Part shown: in pieces, positions 9,431-18,464 of the stretch
Numbering within the stretch: position 1 is the first letter of the stretch
Layout of the letters: the number at the start of each line of letters is the position of its first letter
NCBI GenBank assembly: GCA_965222375.1
Contig: CBDCTZ010000012.1
Coordinates: forward strand, 480,001 to 544,000
DNA from: Polyangiaceae bacterium
GTDB lineage: Bacteria > Myxococcota_A > Polyangia > Polyangiales > Polyangiaceae
DNA length: 64,000 bases
Direction of reading: 5' to 3'
Translations under genes and position numbers: made by a program
The notes under the pieces: model-generated
Database searches by the model: none
What the model was told of the DNA's origin: nothing
The model's input: the letters and a program-made list of their open reading frames with translations, nothing else

Positions 9431-10801
9431 TCAGGCTGTCCCTAGCTCGGCGACAAAAAGCCCTGCGCTCGATGCGATCCAGAGTCGCCCGTCGTGCTCG
9501 GCCCGGGCGATGCCCGTCACTGCTTCGCCCCGGCGGCCCTCCAGCTCGAGAATCGTGGAACAGTTGCCGTCGGCCAACTCCGCTGCAAGCACGCAGGGGT
9601 CGTGAAATGCCGTGCCTGTCACGCCAATCCAGAGAGTCGAGTCGTCGAGCATCACGCTGCTCACGCCATGACTGCCGACGATGCGCTGGAAGCTTCTACA
9701 TTCATCCCTCGAAAGGAAGACGCCGAGTGCCGGCGTGGCCACCACGGCGATTTGGCCACGGTGGGCGACCAGAAGGCTCTCACTGGCCTCCCTGCGTGCC
9801 ATGGCTGCGGGCAAGGGCAGCCGGGCGGCCATGTAGGGGAAGATTAACTCTTCGGAATCACAGGCGAGGCTGCCCGAGGAAGCCACAGCGTGAACAGGTC
9901 GTGGATTGTCGCAACTCACGAAACTGGCGCCGCCGTCCTGGCTCGTCACCAACTGGCCATTGTCGAGCAGGAGCGCAACTCTATCGGCTTCTGTGCCAGC
10001 TTGCACGACGTAGGAGCGCTCGCCCACGACATCGCGATGCAGAGTCTCGAGTTCGTCGAGGTGACCGTCCGGCCGCGCTCGGAAGAGCTTGCCCGTCACA
10101 GTCGCGACGAGGACGGAGTCGTCCGCTGCAGCTAGCACTGTGGCGCGCGCTGGAAGTGTCACTCGTCGCGGTGTGGAGCCAGCACGGTGAAAAGCCAGGC
10201 AGGGTCCCAAGGCGGCAATGCCCATTCCGATCGACACGACCTGGGTGTGCTCTTCCCAGTCTACCTCGCGTACCTGCCAAGGGTTGGCAGCCGCAGGAGG
10301 GCGTTCATCGTCGACGATATCGAGGTCCCCGAACTCGTCGTCGTCGAAGTCACCCTCCGAATCTGCGTCGAGACCGGGGAGCTCGTCGTCCACCAGGTCT
10401 TCCAGAGGCTCCTCGAGCCCTTCTTCCGCCTCTGCCCCAAGGGGTTCGAGATCCGGCTCCTGAACGCCCTCGGACTCGTCGAAATCTGGCAATCCTACGC
10501 TGTCGTCGGATGGGTCGGCGTCTTCCGTGTCCGTCAGCAGCTGGCCGATGTCGAGCACGAGTTCTGTCGACGCCTCTGCCGGGCCGTCGCCGTCGAGCTG
10601 GGATAGGTCGATGCCAACGTCGAGTTCGTCCGCGCCCCACTCCTCGGATTCATCGCCCTCGAGGGCAGAAAGCTCGTCCAATTCGGGGGCAACGTCTTCC
10701 CGGGGGCCTTCGACGTCGCCGTCGTCGTCGTAGTCCAGGGGCGGGAGCTTGGGCAACGGCTCCTCTTCCGGTTCGCCAGTGGCACGGACCATAGATGACA
10801 T
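9431..10801 (-). CDS. Hypothetical protein with a very acidic N-terminal half and a BNR/beta-propeller-like C-terminal half
   Basis: About 170 D/E-rich residues, then Asp-box-like motifs (TSQDGGASF, LSRDECRSF). Confidence 0.7.
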   Translation of the reverse strand: MSSMVRATGEPEEEPLPKLPPLDYDDDGDVEGPREDVAPELDELSALEGDESEEWGADELDVGIDLSQLDGDGPAEASTELVLDIGQLLTDTEDADPSDDSVGLPDFDESEGVQEPDLEPLGAEAEEGLEEPLEDLVDDELPGLDADSEGDFDDDEFGDLDIVDDERPPAAANPWQVREVDWEEHTQVVSIGMGIAALGPCLAFHRAGSTPRRVTLPARATVLAAADDSVLVATVTGKLFRARPDGHLDELETLHRDVVGERSYVVQAGTEADRVALLLDNGQLVTSQDGGASFVSCDNPRPVHAVASSGSLACDSEELIFPYMAARLPLPAAMARREASESLLVAHRGQIAVVATPALGVFLSRDECRSFQRIVGSHGVSSVMLDDSTLWIGVTGTAFHDPCVLAAELADGNCSTILELEGRRGEAVTGIARAEHDGRLWIASSAGLFVAELGTA

Positions 10802-10893
10802 TTCACACTACCTCCGACCCAGTGGGAAGACCCCGTCCTGTCGGGCGCTCACATTTCACGGCGATCTCGTCGCATCGCGCCGCAAGCAGCGCT

Positions 10894-11148
10894 ATGTCAC
10901 GATTCGTGGCGGCTGAACCCCTCGTTGGCGACGAATTCTGCACGCGTAGCATGAAGGTGCGAGCTCGCGACGTCGTATACGTGAAAGGCATATTCGAAGC
11001 CAGCGAAGGCCTCGGTGCGCTTTTTTCCCAGTCTGGCGGCGACTTGATCATTGCAGTGCACTCCAGCCGGCTTTCTGAACTAGATGAGTTGCTGTCCGAC
11101 CTAGCGACGGAAATCGGCGCGATCATTGAGACCGACGCATCGGGTTGA
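10894..11148 (+). CDS. Small protein, DUF4911-like
   Basis: V..RDVVYVKGIFEASEGL motif; 84 aa from ATG 10894. Confidence 0.6.
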   Translation: MSRFVAAEPLVGDEFCTRSMKVRARDVVYVKGIFEASEGLGALFSQSGGDLIIAVHSSRLSELDELLSDLATEIGAIIETDASG

Positions 11149-11231
11149 CAGCGTCGGCAGGAAGAGCCAAAGGTGGGCGCTCCGCTCTTGCGTGTGCGCG
11201 CACGGCAAAGCAATGTTTAAGATGGTGTGTC

Positions 11232-11918
11232 ATGGCCCGTGTGCCGCCTGAGCTCATTGCGGACAAACCCGCTGATCACACGCCGCTGCCCGCAGCGGAA
11301 GCGTCGCGAGCCGACGCGCGAGTCGTGTCAGCTTGGCGTGAGTGGCTCGGTGCACTCGCTACGGATGCCGAGGCGGCATTGGCGGCGTCGATGGCCTACA
11401 AAGCACTGGACGACGATGCCCGAGACGAGTGGCTCAGCGCCCTAGAGCAAGACGCGCCACGCCTCGGGGTTCCGCACATTGCAGTGTACGCGCCCCTGCT
11501 GGCGGTCGAGACAGACCAGTCGCGGCGCCGCCGCATCCTGGATGCCATCGGGCCGGACGATGAGCGTGCGGCGCCACGGGTGGTCCCCAGAGGGCTGGTG
11601 GGTCGTCGCTCGGATGGGGAGCATGTGGCTGCGGTCATCTGGCCGCTCTACCTGGACTTCGTCCAGGTGCTCGCTTGCGGATTTAGGAGGGAGCGCGGCT
11701 TCTCTTGGGTCCGACATGATCCGATTCTCCAAGACACGGCTGCGCCTCGCGGCGGCGATACCGTCCTGGGTGTGCAGCTCGATGTGGTGCCGCTAAAAAG
11801 CCTGATCGACGACTTGGCGATGGCCGTGCTGAGCCACGAACGCAGTGGCAAGGTCATTCCGGAAGCGTTGCGGCTTTTTGCGGACATTTTTGGCCCGCTG
11901 GAGCCTCTCGGCGCTTAA
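11232..11918 (+). CDS. Hypothetical protein
   Basis: Fills the gap with natural-looking composition; start ATG 11232 is estimated. Confidence 0.7.
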   Translation: MARVPPELIADKPADHTPLPAAEASRADARVVSAWREWLGALATDAEAALAASMAYKALDDDARDEWLSALEQDAPRLGVPHIAVYAPLLAVETDQSRRRRILDAIGPDDERAAPRVVPRGLVGRRSDGEHVAAVIWPLYLDFVQVLACGFRRERGFSWVRHDPILQDTAAPRGGDTVLGVQLDVVPLKSLIDDLAMAVLSHERSGKVIPEALRLFADIFGPLEPLGA

Positions 11919-11927
11919 TCCGGATGC

Positions 11928-12467
11928 ATGACTCGGCTGCGTACGGCAGTAGTGGCTCTGGCGCTCGGCCTCATTGGCGGTTGCAGCAGTAGTGGGAGTG
12001 CGCGTTCGAGGCCGGATCACCCTCGGGGTACGTCGGGCGTTCAGTTCGTCTACGCGAGTGTGGATGGTGACGAGCTTTCCAGCGCGACGACCCGAGGTCG
12101 TGCCACAGCGGTTCTTTTCGTCACGACTTTCGATCTTGCGTCCCAACTCATGGCCCGGCGTCTCGACGGAATCGTGCGCCGGCACACACCGCGCGCCAAT
12201 GCAGCCGCTATCGTGCTCGAGCCCCCGAAGTACATCGTGATGGCTAGGGGGTTCCAGAGCGCTCTACAGCTCTCGTACCCGATTGCGATGGCGGACGAAT
12301 GGGAGCGCCGGGTCACACCCTTCGGCCATATCGATCGCGTGCCTACGTTGGTGGTGCTGGACCGCTCTGGCGTGGAAACGGAGCGCTTCCACGGTGTTGT
12401 GCCGGAGGCGAGAGTGGAGGCCGCCCTGGCGTCGGCGTCCAAACGCGGCTCGCCCTTTGCGCTGTGA
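11928..12467 (+). CDS. TlpA/redoxin-fold lipoprotein lacking CxxC
   Basis: Lipobox IGGC; RG...VLF.TTFDLAS in place of F.A.WCxxC; cis-Pro loop VPTLVVLDRSG. Confidence 0.7.
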   Translation: MTRLRTAVVALALGLIGGCSSSGSARSRPDHPRGTSGVQFVYASVDGDELSSATTRGRATAVLFVTTFDLASQLMARRLDGIVRRHTPRANAAAIVLEPPKYIVMARGFQSALQLSYPIAMADEWERRVTPFGHIDRVPTLVVLDRSGVETERFHGVVPEARVEAALASASKRGSPFAL

Positions 12468-12723
12468 CCCTCGGAATCCTATCCCTTGCGGGGCAGGGCA
12501 CTCCAGCATCTGCCGCATGGGTGCGGTGGGGTCGATGCCCGGCGCGGTCGAATTCTGACCGGAAGCCCTGGAACTGCTGCCGAGGGCGCTCGCGTTTGAC
12601 CACCGAGGGTTAGACGGGTATCAGGCGGGCCGCATGAGCGGTTTCGACGCGTACTGGAGGATCCGAGCCGCTGGCTAGGCGAGTAGAGCCCTCCCGCCCC
12701 GTCATTCGCTCAAGGAGTGTTCC

Positions 12724-13944
12724 GTGAAATCCATCAAGAAGGTCGTACTTGCATACTCCGGGGGACTAGACACCAGCGTGATCCTCAAGTGGGTTAGGGA
12801 GAAGTACGGCTCGGAAGTCGTCGCTTGGTGTGCGGACGTGGGTCAAGCTGAGGAGCTGTCGGGGCTGGAAGAAAAAGCGACGGCAACCGGCGCCAGTAGC
12901 TACATACAGAAAGACCTGCGCGAGCGCTTCGTCAAGGACTTCGTCTACCCGGCAATGCGCGCCAATGCCCTGTATGAAGGCGAGTACCTGCTCGGAACTT
13001 CTCTGGCACGCCCCTGCATCATTCAGGGCATGATGGAAACAGCTCGCGAAGTCGGAGCAGACGCCATCGCGCATGGCGCCACGGGCAAGGGCAACGATCA
13101 AGTGCGTTTTGAGCTTGGGGCGATGCACTTCGACCCCAACGTTCAAGTCATCGCACCGTGGAGGGAGTGGGAATTCAAGGGCCGCTCAGATCTGATGGAG
13201 TATGCCAAGGCCCACGAGATCCCCGTGACAGCCAGCGTGGACAAGCCTTTCAGCATCGACCGCAATCTGCTGCACATGTCTTTCGAGGGTGGCGTGTTGG
13301 AGGACCCCTGGACGGAGCCACCAGCGGACATGTTCGTCATGACCAAGAATCCGGAAGATGCGCCCGCCGAGGGAGAAGTCATCGAGCTGGGGTTCGAGGC
13401 GGGCAATCCAGTGAGTCTCAATGGTCAGAGTTTCGCGCCAGTGGCTTTGCTCAGCCGCCTCAACGATCTCGCTGGAAAGCATGGCGTCGGGCGGGCCGAC
13501 TTGGTCGAGAGCCGCTTCGTTGGCATGAAGAGTCGCGGCGTCTACGAGACCCCGGGAGGCACTGTCCTGCACAAAGGCCACCGCGCTATCGAGTCGATCA
13601 CATTGGACCGGGAGCAGATCCGAATCCGTGACGCCCTCATTCCCGAATACGCCACGCTGGTGTATCGAGGACTTTGGTTTGCGCCTGAGCGTGTCATGCT
13701 GCAGCAAATGATGGACAGCATCCAGGACGTAGTCAGTGGCACGGTCCGGCTCAAGCTGTTCAAGGGCTCGGTGACGGTGCTCGGCCGGAAGAGCGACCAC
13801 TCATTGTATAGAGAAGAGTTCGTTACATTCGAAAAGGACGAGGTTTACGACCAGGCGGATGCCGGCGGCTTCATTCGATTGAACGGCTTGCGCTTGCGCC
13901 TCGAGGCACTGCGTCGCCAGAAACACGGCGAATCTTCCGAATGA
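12724..13944 (+). CDS. argG: Argininosuccinate synthase
   Basis: KVVLAYSGGLDTS, HGATGKGNDQVRFE, GMKSRGVYETPGGT; AAGGAG SD upstream of the GTG. Confidence 0.98.
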   Translation: MKSIKKVVLAYSGGLDTSVILKWVREKYGSEVVAWCADVGQAEELSGLEEKATATGASSYIQKDLRERFVKDFVYPAMRANALYEGEYLLGTSLARPCIIQGMMETAREVGADAIAHGATGKGNDQVRFELGAMHFDPNVQVIAPWREWEFKGRSDLMEYAKAHEIPVTASVDKPFSIDRNLLHMSFEGGVLEDPWTEPPADMFVMTKNPEDAPAEGEVIELGFEAGNPVSLNGQSFAPVALLSRLNDLAGKHGVGRADLVESRFVGMKSRGVYETPGGTVLHKGHRAIESITLDREQIRIRDALIPEYATLVYRGLWFAPERVMLQQMMDSIQDVVSGTVRLKLFKGSVTVLGRKSDHSLYREEFVTFEKDEVYDQADAGGFIRLNGLRLRLEALRRQKHGESSE

Positions 13945-13960
13945 CGCGGGCGGGTCGGCT

Positions 13961-14671
13961 CTGAGCACGGTCTACCTGGTTCGTCACGCCCAGGCATCGT
14001 TCCTGTCGGCGAACTACGACCAGTTGAGCGACCATGGTCGTGGTCAGGCCCGCGCGCTGGGTCGTGCCTGGCTTGGCCGGGGCCTTCGTCTCGACCGTGT
14101 GCTCTCTGGCCCGCGGGTGCGCCAGCGGGACACCGCCGAGGAGGTCGCGGGGGTCTACGCGAAGGAGAGTCAGCTCGTTGCGGAGGTGGAGGTCCTGTCA
14201 GAGTTCGACGAGTATCCCGCGGAGGAGGTTTTGGCCGGGTTCGCGCCGGAGATGCAGCGGCAGGCCGAACTCGCGCAGCTTTTCATCGACGCCCAGCAAG
14301 TCGAGGACAAGCGTGTGCGCGGGCGGGCCTTTGATCGCCTGCTGCGACACGCCCTGACCGTCTGGGCGGGCGGACGGACTCCCGATGGAGTGATCAGTCA
14401 CGCAGAGTTCGAAACGCGCGCAGCCAACGCCTTCGAGTCTCTGCTCGAGTCTGAGACCTCGGGGCGCAACCTCGCGATATTCAGCTCCGCAGGTACGATC
14501 GGCGCCGTCGCGGGGCACGTGTTGGGAACGGACGCGACGCGGCGACTCGAACTCGGCTGGGCCCTCAACAACGCGAGCGTTACTGAAATTGCCTTCTCGG
14601 GCTCACGCGTGGGCGTCATGCGTTTCAATGACGTCGGACATCTCGAGCCAAGCGCCTGGACCCGGCGCTAG
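13961..14671 (+). CDS. Histidine phosphatase (phosphoglycerate mutase-like) family
   Basis: An in-frame extension upstream of the TTG ORF reads (CTG)STVYLVRHAQASFLSANYDQLS; also R...TA, EFDE, FSSAG, NASVT, FNDVGHL. Confidence 0.85.
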   Translation: MSTVYLVRHAQASFLSANYDQLSDHGRGQARALGRAWLGRGLRLDRVLSGPRVRQRDTAEEVAGVYAKESQLVAEVEVLSEFDEYPAEEVLAGFAPEMQRQAELAQLFIDAQQVEDKRVRGRAFDRLLRHALTVWAGGRTPDGVISHAEFETRAANAFESLLESETSGRNLAIFSSAGTIGAVAGHVLGTDATRRLELGWALNNASVTEIAFSGSRVGVMRFNDVGHLEPSAWTRR

Positions 14672-14774
14672 CCGGGCAGCGCATCTCGGGACGGCAGGCC
14701 TCTTTCCACCGAGGATCCCAGCGAGTTGTTGGGTTGCGTGGATCCGCCGCCAGCAGAGGTGTAAAAGCAGCACC

Positions 14775-15992
14775 ATGTTCTCCTTCGAACGCAACGAGAA
14801 GATTGACGACCTGCTGGGTCGCGTGTCGAAAGCGATGCAAGATGTCGTGCTGCCCTTGGAATCGAAATTGGCGGGTCGCCCTTTTGCCGATTGTGGCGAA
14901 GAGCTCGCGGACGCGCGTAAGAAGATCCAAGCGGCGGGGCTGTGGGCGCCCCAGGTGCCCACGGAGTACGGCGGCCTGGGGCTCACCTTCCGTGAACATG
15001 GCCTTGTCAGTGAGGTGTTGGGGCGAAGCCCGTTGGGACACTACACCTTCGGTTGCCAGGCGCCCGACGCGGGCAACATGGAGATCCTGCACATGTTTGG
15101 TACCGACGCTCAGAAAGAGCAGTACCTGGCGCCGCTCGCCCGCGGTGACATCCGTAGTTGCTTTTCCATGACAGAACCTGAAAACGCGGGTTCGAACCCG
15201 GCGTGGCTTTCCACGACGGCAAAGCGAGATGGCGACAGCTATGTGATCAACGGCCGCAAGTGGTTCACTTCGTCGGCGGACGGCGCGTCCTTCGCGATTG
15301 TCATGGCCGTCACCAATGCAGAGGCGTCTCGATACGCCCGGGCAAGCATGATCATCGTCCCCGTTGACACACCTGGGTTCCGGCAGGTTCGCCGCATCTC
15401 GGTGATGGGCGAGGAAGGCTCGGGTTGGGCTAGTCACTCGGAAATCGCGTACGAAAATTGTCGAGTGCCCGTGGGCAACCGCTTGGGGGAAGAGGGCGCC
15501 GGCTTCATGATCGCTCAGGAGCGTTTGGGGCCAGGCAGAATCCATCACTGCATGCGATGGATCGGCATCTGCGAGCGCTCCTTCGAGTTGATGTGTCAGC
15601 AAGCGGTGAGCCGGGAAGTCGCTCCCGGCAAGCCCCTAGGGACGAGACAAATGGTTCAGCAGTGGATTGCGGAAAGTCGAGCGGAAATCGACGCCGCGCG
15701 GCTGCTGGTTCAACATGCGGCCTGGAAGATCGACACCGTTGGAAACTACGATGCGCGCATCGAGGTCAGCTGCATCAAGTTCCACGTTGCGGCAGTGCTG
15801 CAGCGTGTGGTCGACCGTGCGATTCAAGCCCACGGCGCGTTGGGCGTCACCGATGACATCCCCCTAGCTTCGTTCTATCGCCACGAGCGAGGCGCCCGGA
15901 TCTACGACGGCCCGGACGAAGTTCACAAGTCCGTCGTGGCGCGCAGGATCCTGAAGCAGTTCGGGCTCGAGATCGGCGCTCAAGCTGGCTGA
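14775..15992 (+). CDS. Acyl-CoA dehydrogenase, ACAD10/11-like (FadE2 type)
   Basis: CQAPDAGNMEIL, CFSMTEP, AQERLGPGRIHHCMR, RIYDGPDEVH. Confidence 0.93.
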   Translation: MFSFERNEKIDDLLGRVSKAMQDVVLPLESKLAGRPFADCGEELADARKKIQAAGLWAPQVPTEYGGLGLTFREHGLVSEVLGRSPLGHYTFGCQAPDAGNMEILHMFGTDAQKEQYLAPLARGDIRSCFSMTEPENAGSNPAWLSTTAKRDGDSYVINGRKWFTSSADGASFAIVMAVTNAEASRYARASMIIVPVDTPGFRQVRRISVMGEEGSGWASHSEIAYENCRVPVGNRLGEEGAGFMIAQERLGPGRIHHCMRWIGICERSFELMCQQAVSREVAPGKPLGTRQMVQQWIAESRAEIDAARLLVQHAAWKIDTVGNYDARIEVSCIKFHVAAVLQRVVDRAIQAHGALGVTDDIPLASFYRHERGARIYDGPDEVHKSVVARRILKQFGLEIGAQAG

Positions 15993-15999
15993 GCGGTTG

Positions 16000-16776
16000 A
16001 TGCGGCTAGCTACCTGGAACGTAAACGGGCTTCGCGCCCGCTTGGACTTCTTCTTGACCTGGCTCGAGGACCGCAGGCCCGACGTCGTAGGATTGCAGGA
16101 GCTCAAGCTGACCGAAGAGCAGTTTCCATTTCTCGAACTCCAAGCCAAGGGCTACCAGGCGCAAGTTCTGGGTCAGAAGAGCTGGAATGGAGTGGCCATC
16201 GTGTCCCGTCAACCCGCGGAGGTGGTCCAGCGCGGCCTTCCGGGGCAGGAGGCGAAGGGTGCCCGGCTCATCACAGCGGACGTGGGCGGCGTGCGGTTCT
16301 CGACGGTGTACGTGCCGAATGGCAAGAGCGTGGAGCACGCCGACTATCCGGAAAAGCTCGCCTGGCTCGGTGCCCTGGCCGAGCACGTCGCGACGACCCA
16401 CTCGGAAAAGCAGCCTGGGTTTCTCGGCGGGGACTTCAATGTCGTCCCGGCGGCCATCGACAGTTGGAACGAAGACAAGCTGCGCGGGCACATCTTTCAT
16501 ACCGACGAAGAGCGACAATGCCTGCGCCGCCTCGAGGCTCAAGGCCTGCGAGATCTATTCCGGATAAAATACCCGGACACTCAGGCCTTCTCTTGGTGGG
16601 ACTATCGCGGCGGTGCCTTCCACCGCAAGCAGGGGCTTCGCATCGACCTCATCTACGGCACCGGTGCCCTTGCTGAGCGCGTCCAGGATGTCGTGATTGA
16701 CCGCGACTACCGCAAGAAGAAAGACGGCCTGACCGCATCGGACCACGCACCGGTCTGGGTGGACATCGGACAATGA
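16000..16776 (+). CDS. xth: Exodeoxyribonuclease III
   Basis: ATWNVNG, LQELK, YVPNG, GDFN, FSWWDYR, GLRID, SDHAPV. Confidence 0.95.
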   Translation: MRLATWNVNGLRARLDFFLTWLEDRRPDVVGLQELKLTEEQFPFLELQAKGYQAQVLGQKSWNGVAIVSRQPAEVVQRGLPGQEAKGARLITADVGGVRFSTVYVPNGKSVEHADYPEKLAWLGALAEHVATTHSEKQPGFLGGDFNVVPAAIDSWNEDKLRGHIFHTDEERQCLRRLEAQGLRDLFRIKYPDTQAFSWWDYRGGAFHRKQGLRIDLIYGTGALAERVQDVVIDRDYRKKKDGLTASDHAPVWVDIGQ

Positions 16777-17792
16777 GCGCGCGAATGCGTCTCGTCGCGG
16801 CAGGCTGGGACCAGGACCTGCAGGCGGAGTCCGAGTGGGCCCGGACTGCGCTGTCGCCAGACATGGTCCGCGTCTCCGTGGAAGCTTGTGGCGTCTGCCA
16901 CCGAGACATCATCGACCGCGATGGCCGATTTCCGTTCATGCGATTGCCCATTACGCCCGGACACGAGGCGGCGGGGCGGGTCGTGGAGTGCGGCACCGAA
17001 GTCAGGGATTTTCGCCCTGGCGACCGAGTGGCAACGATGCACCGGGACTTCTGCGGGAGCTGTTCCGCTTGCAAGTCCGGCAGCCCCTCTCAGTGTGAAG
17101 TCGGTGTGAGCGTGTTTGGCCTGACCATTGACGGCGGCTACGCGACGGAGCTCTGCGCGCCGGCAACGTGTTTCTACCCGCTGCCCGCCGACCTGTCGGG
17201 TTGGGAAGCGGCCACCCTGCATTGCACTTTCGGCACGGCCTATCGCGGGCTAGTGCGCCTTGGAGTAGTGGCGCCTGGGCAGCACGTGCTCGTGACGGGC
17301 GCCAACGGTGGTGTCGGCAGCGCCGCCGTGCAGCTTGCCAAGCGGCTCGGGGCGAAGGTGACGGGAGTCATCCGTGACCACCGGTACGAGGACTACGTCG
17401 AAGGGCTCGGCGCCGACCAGGTGATTGTCGACTCTGACGGACGCTTTCACAAGCAGATGGCCGCTGCCGCAGATGTTGGGCTCGAATGTGTCGGTCCCGC
17501 AACTTTCAACGCGACGTTGCGTTCTGTACGCGCGTTCGGTTGCGTCGTGGTGATCGGCAACGTCAGCGCCGAGCGGCCGGAGCTCAACCTCGGCTATCTG
17601 GTGACCAAGGGATTGCGACTGTTCGGTAGCAGCGGCGCATCCCGTGAGGACATGCAGGAGGTGTTGGCGCTTCATCGTGCGGAGCCCTTCAGTCTGCAGC
17701 TGGAGCGCGTGCCTCTCGTCGAGGCCGACAGCGCTCAACGCCGGCTTCGAGCGGGTGGGGTGCGCGGACGCCTGGTGCTCGATGTCCTCTGA
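16773..17792 (+). CDS. Zn-dependent alcohol dehydrogenase (MDR family)
   Basis: GVCHRD, PGHEAAG, CGSCSAC..C structural Zn site, VTGANGGVG. Confidence 0.9.
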   Translation: MSARMRLVAAGWDQDLQAESEWARTALSPDMVRVSVEACGVCHRDIIDRDGRFPFMRLPITPGHEAAGRVVECGTEVRDFRPGDRVATMHRDFCGSCSACKSGSPSQCEVGVSVFGLTIDGGYATELCAPATCFYPLPADLSGWEAATLHCTFGTAYRGLVRLGVVAPGQHVLVTGANGGVGSAAVQLAKRLGAKVTGVIRDHRYEDYVEGLGADQVIVDSDGRFHKQMAAAADVGLECVGPATFNATLRSVRAFGCVVVIGNVSAERPELNLGYLVTKGLRLFGSSGASREDMQEVLALHRAEPFSLQLERVPLVEADSAQRRLRAGGVRGRLVLDVL

Positions 17793-18389
17793 CCACCCAG
17801 GCGTCCGGCGAAGCCTCGCTCTTGCCGCCGTGGCCGTCGGCACTAGCCGTCTTGCCAGTCACTGCGGTGGAAGCCAGACAGCCGCGCCCAGCGCGAACCC
17901 GCGACGACGGGCCCCGCTTCGAGTCTGGCACCGGACGCTGCGCAGACGTTGGACGCCGGGAAGGTCGAAGCTGACGAGGAGGTTCTGGTGGTACCCGCGC
18001 ACTCGGGGCCCGACGCAGAGGCCAGCTCGCCCGCGGAAGCCGGCCTGATTCAGGTAAACGGCATGCTCGTTTTCCTGACGCCGGACCCCGCGCGCGGCGC
18101 CCAAGCTCGCTTGATGCTGTTGAGCGAAGCAGCCACCAAGGCCTCGTGTCGAAATCCTCCTGGGGAGACCAATGACCTGATTGGGACGGTGAGCTGCAGC
18201 TGGAAGGTGGGCGCCAAGTGTGCCAGCGCCCGCCTGCGGGTCATGAACGGCGTACGTCACCGCTTCGGCGCCGCCGTGCAGATCCGAAGCGCACCCAAGC
18301 AAGCCGGCGCCATCGGTCGCGTCGAGATAGTGCCGTCGGCGTCCAATACGGTTGCCCTCGGCAACGTCGACGCTCTGGTTTGCAGCTAG
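17782..18389 (+). pseudogene. Probable lipoprotein gene split by a frameshift near 17899 (pseudogene or sequencing error)
   Basis: Signal-like N-terminus (..ALAAVAVG..ASHCGGSQ) from ATG 17782 is in one frame. The Pro/Ala linker and Cys-containing domain (to 18389) are in another frame that has a TAG at 17844. Confidence 0.45.
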
Positions 18390-18464
18390 CGCTTCAGTGT
18401 CCCGCGGCCGGCGTGGGAGGGGTGAAGCTGCAAGCCCCGACGCTCACAGAAGTGAAGGTGTGGC

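Noticed and set aside
9472..10794. Long opposite-strand ORFs (this one, and e.g. 28239-29657, 51201-52517, 23635-24915, 24632-25819)
   Set aside because: Shadows of real genes in GC-rich DNA, with no recognisable motifs.
15186..15200. GCGGGTTCGAACCCG, a tRNA T-arm-like hairpin
   Set aside because: Lies in-frame inside the acyl-CoA dehydrogenase, with no D-arm, anticodon arm or acceptor stem around it.
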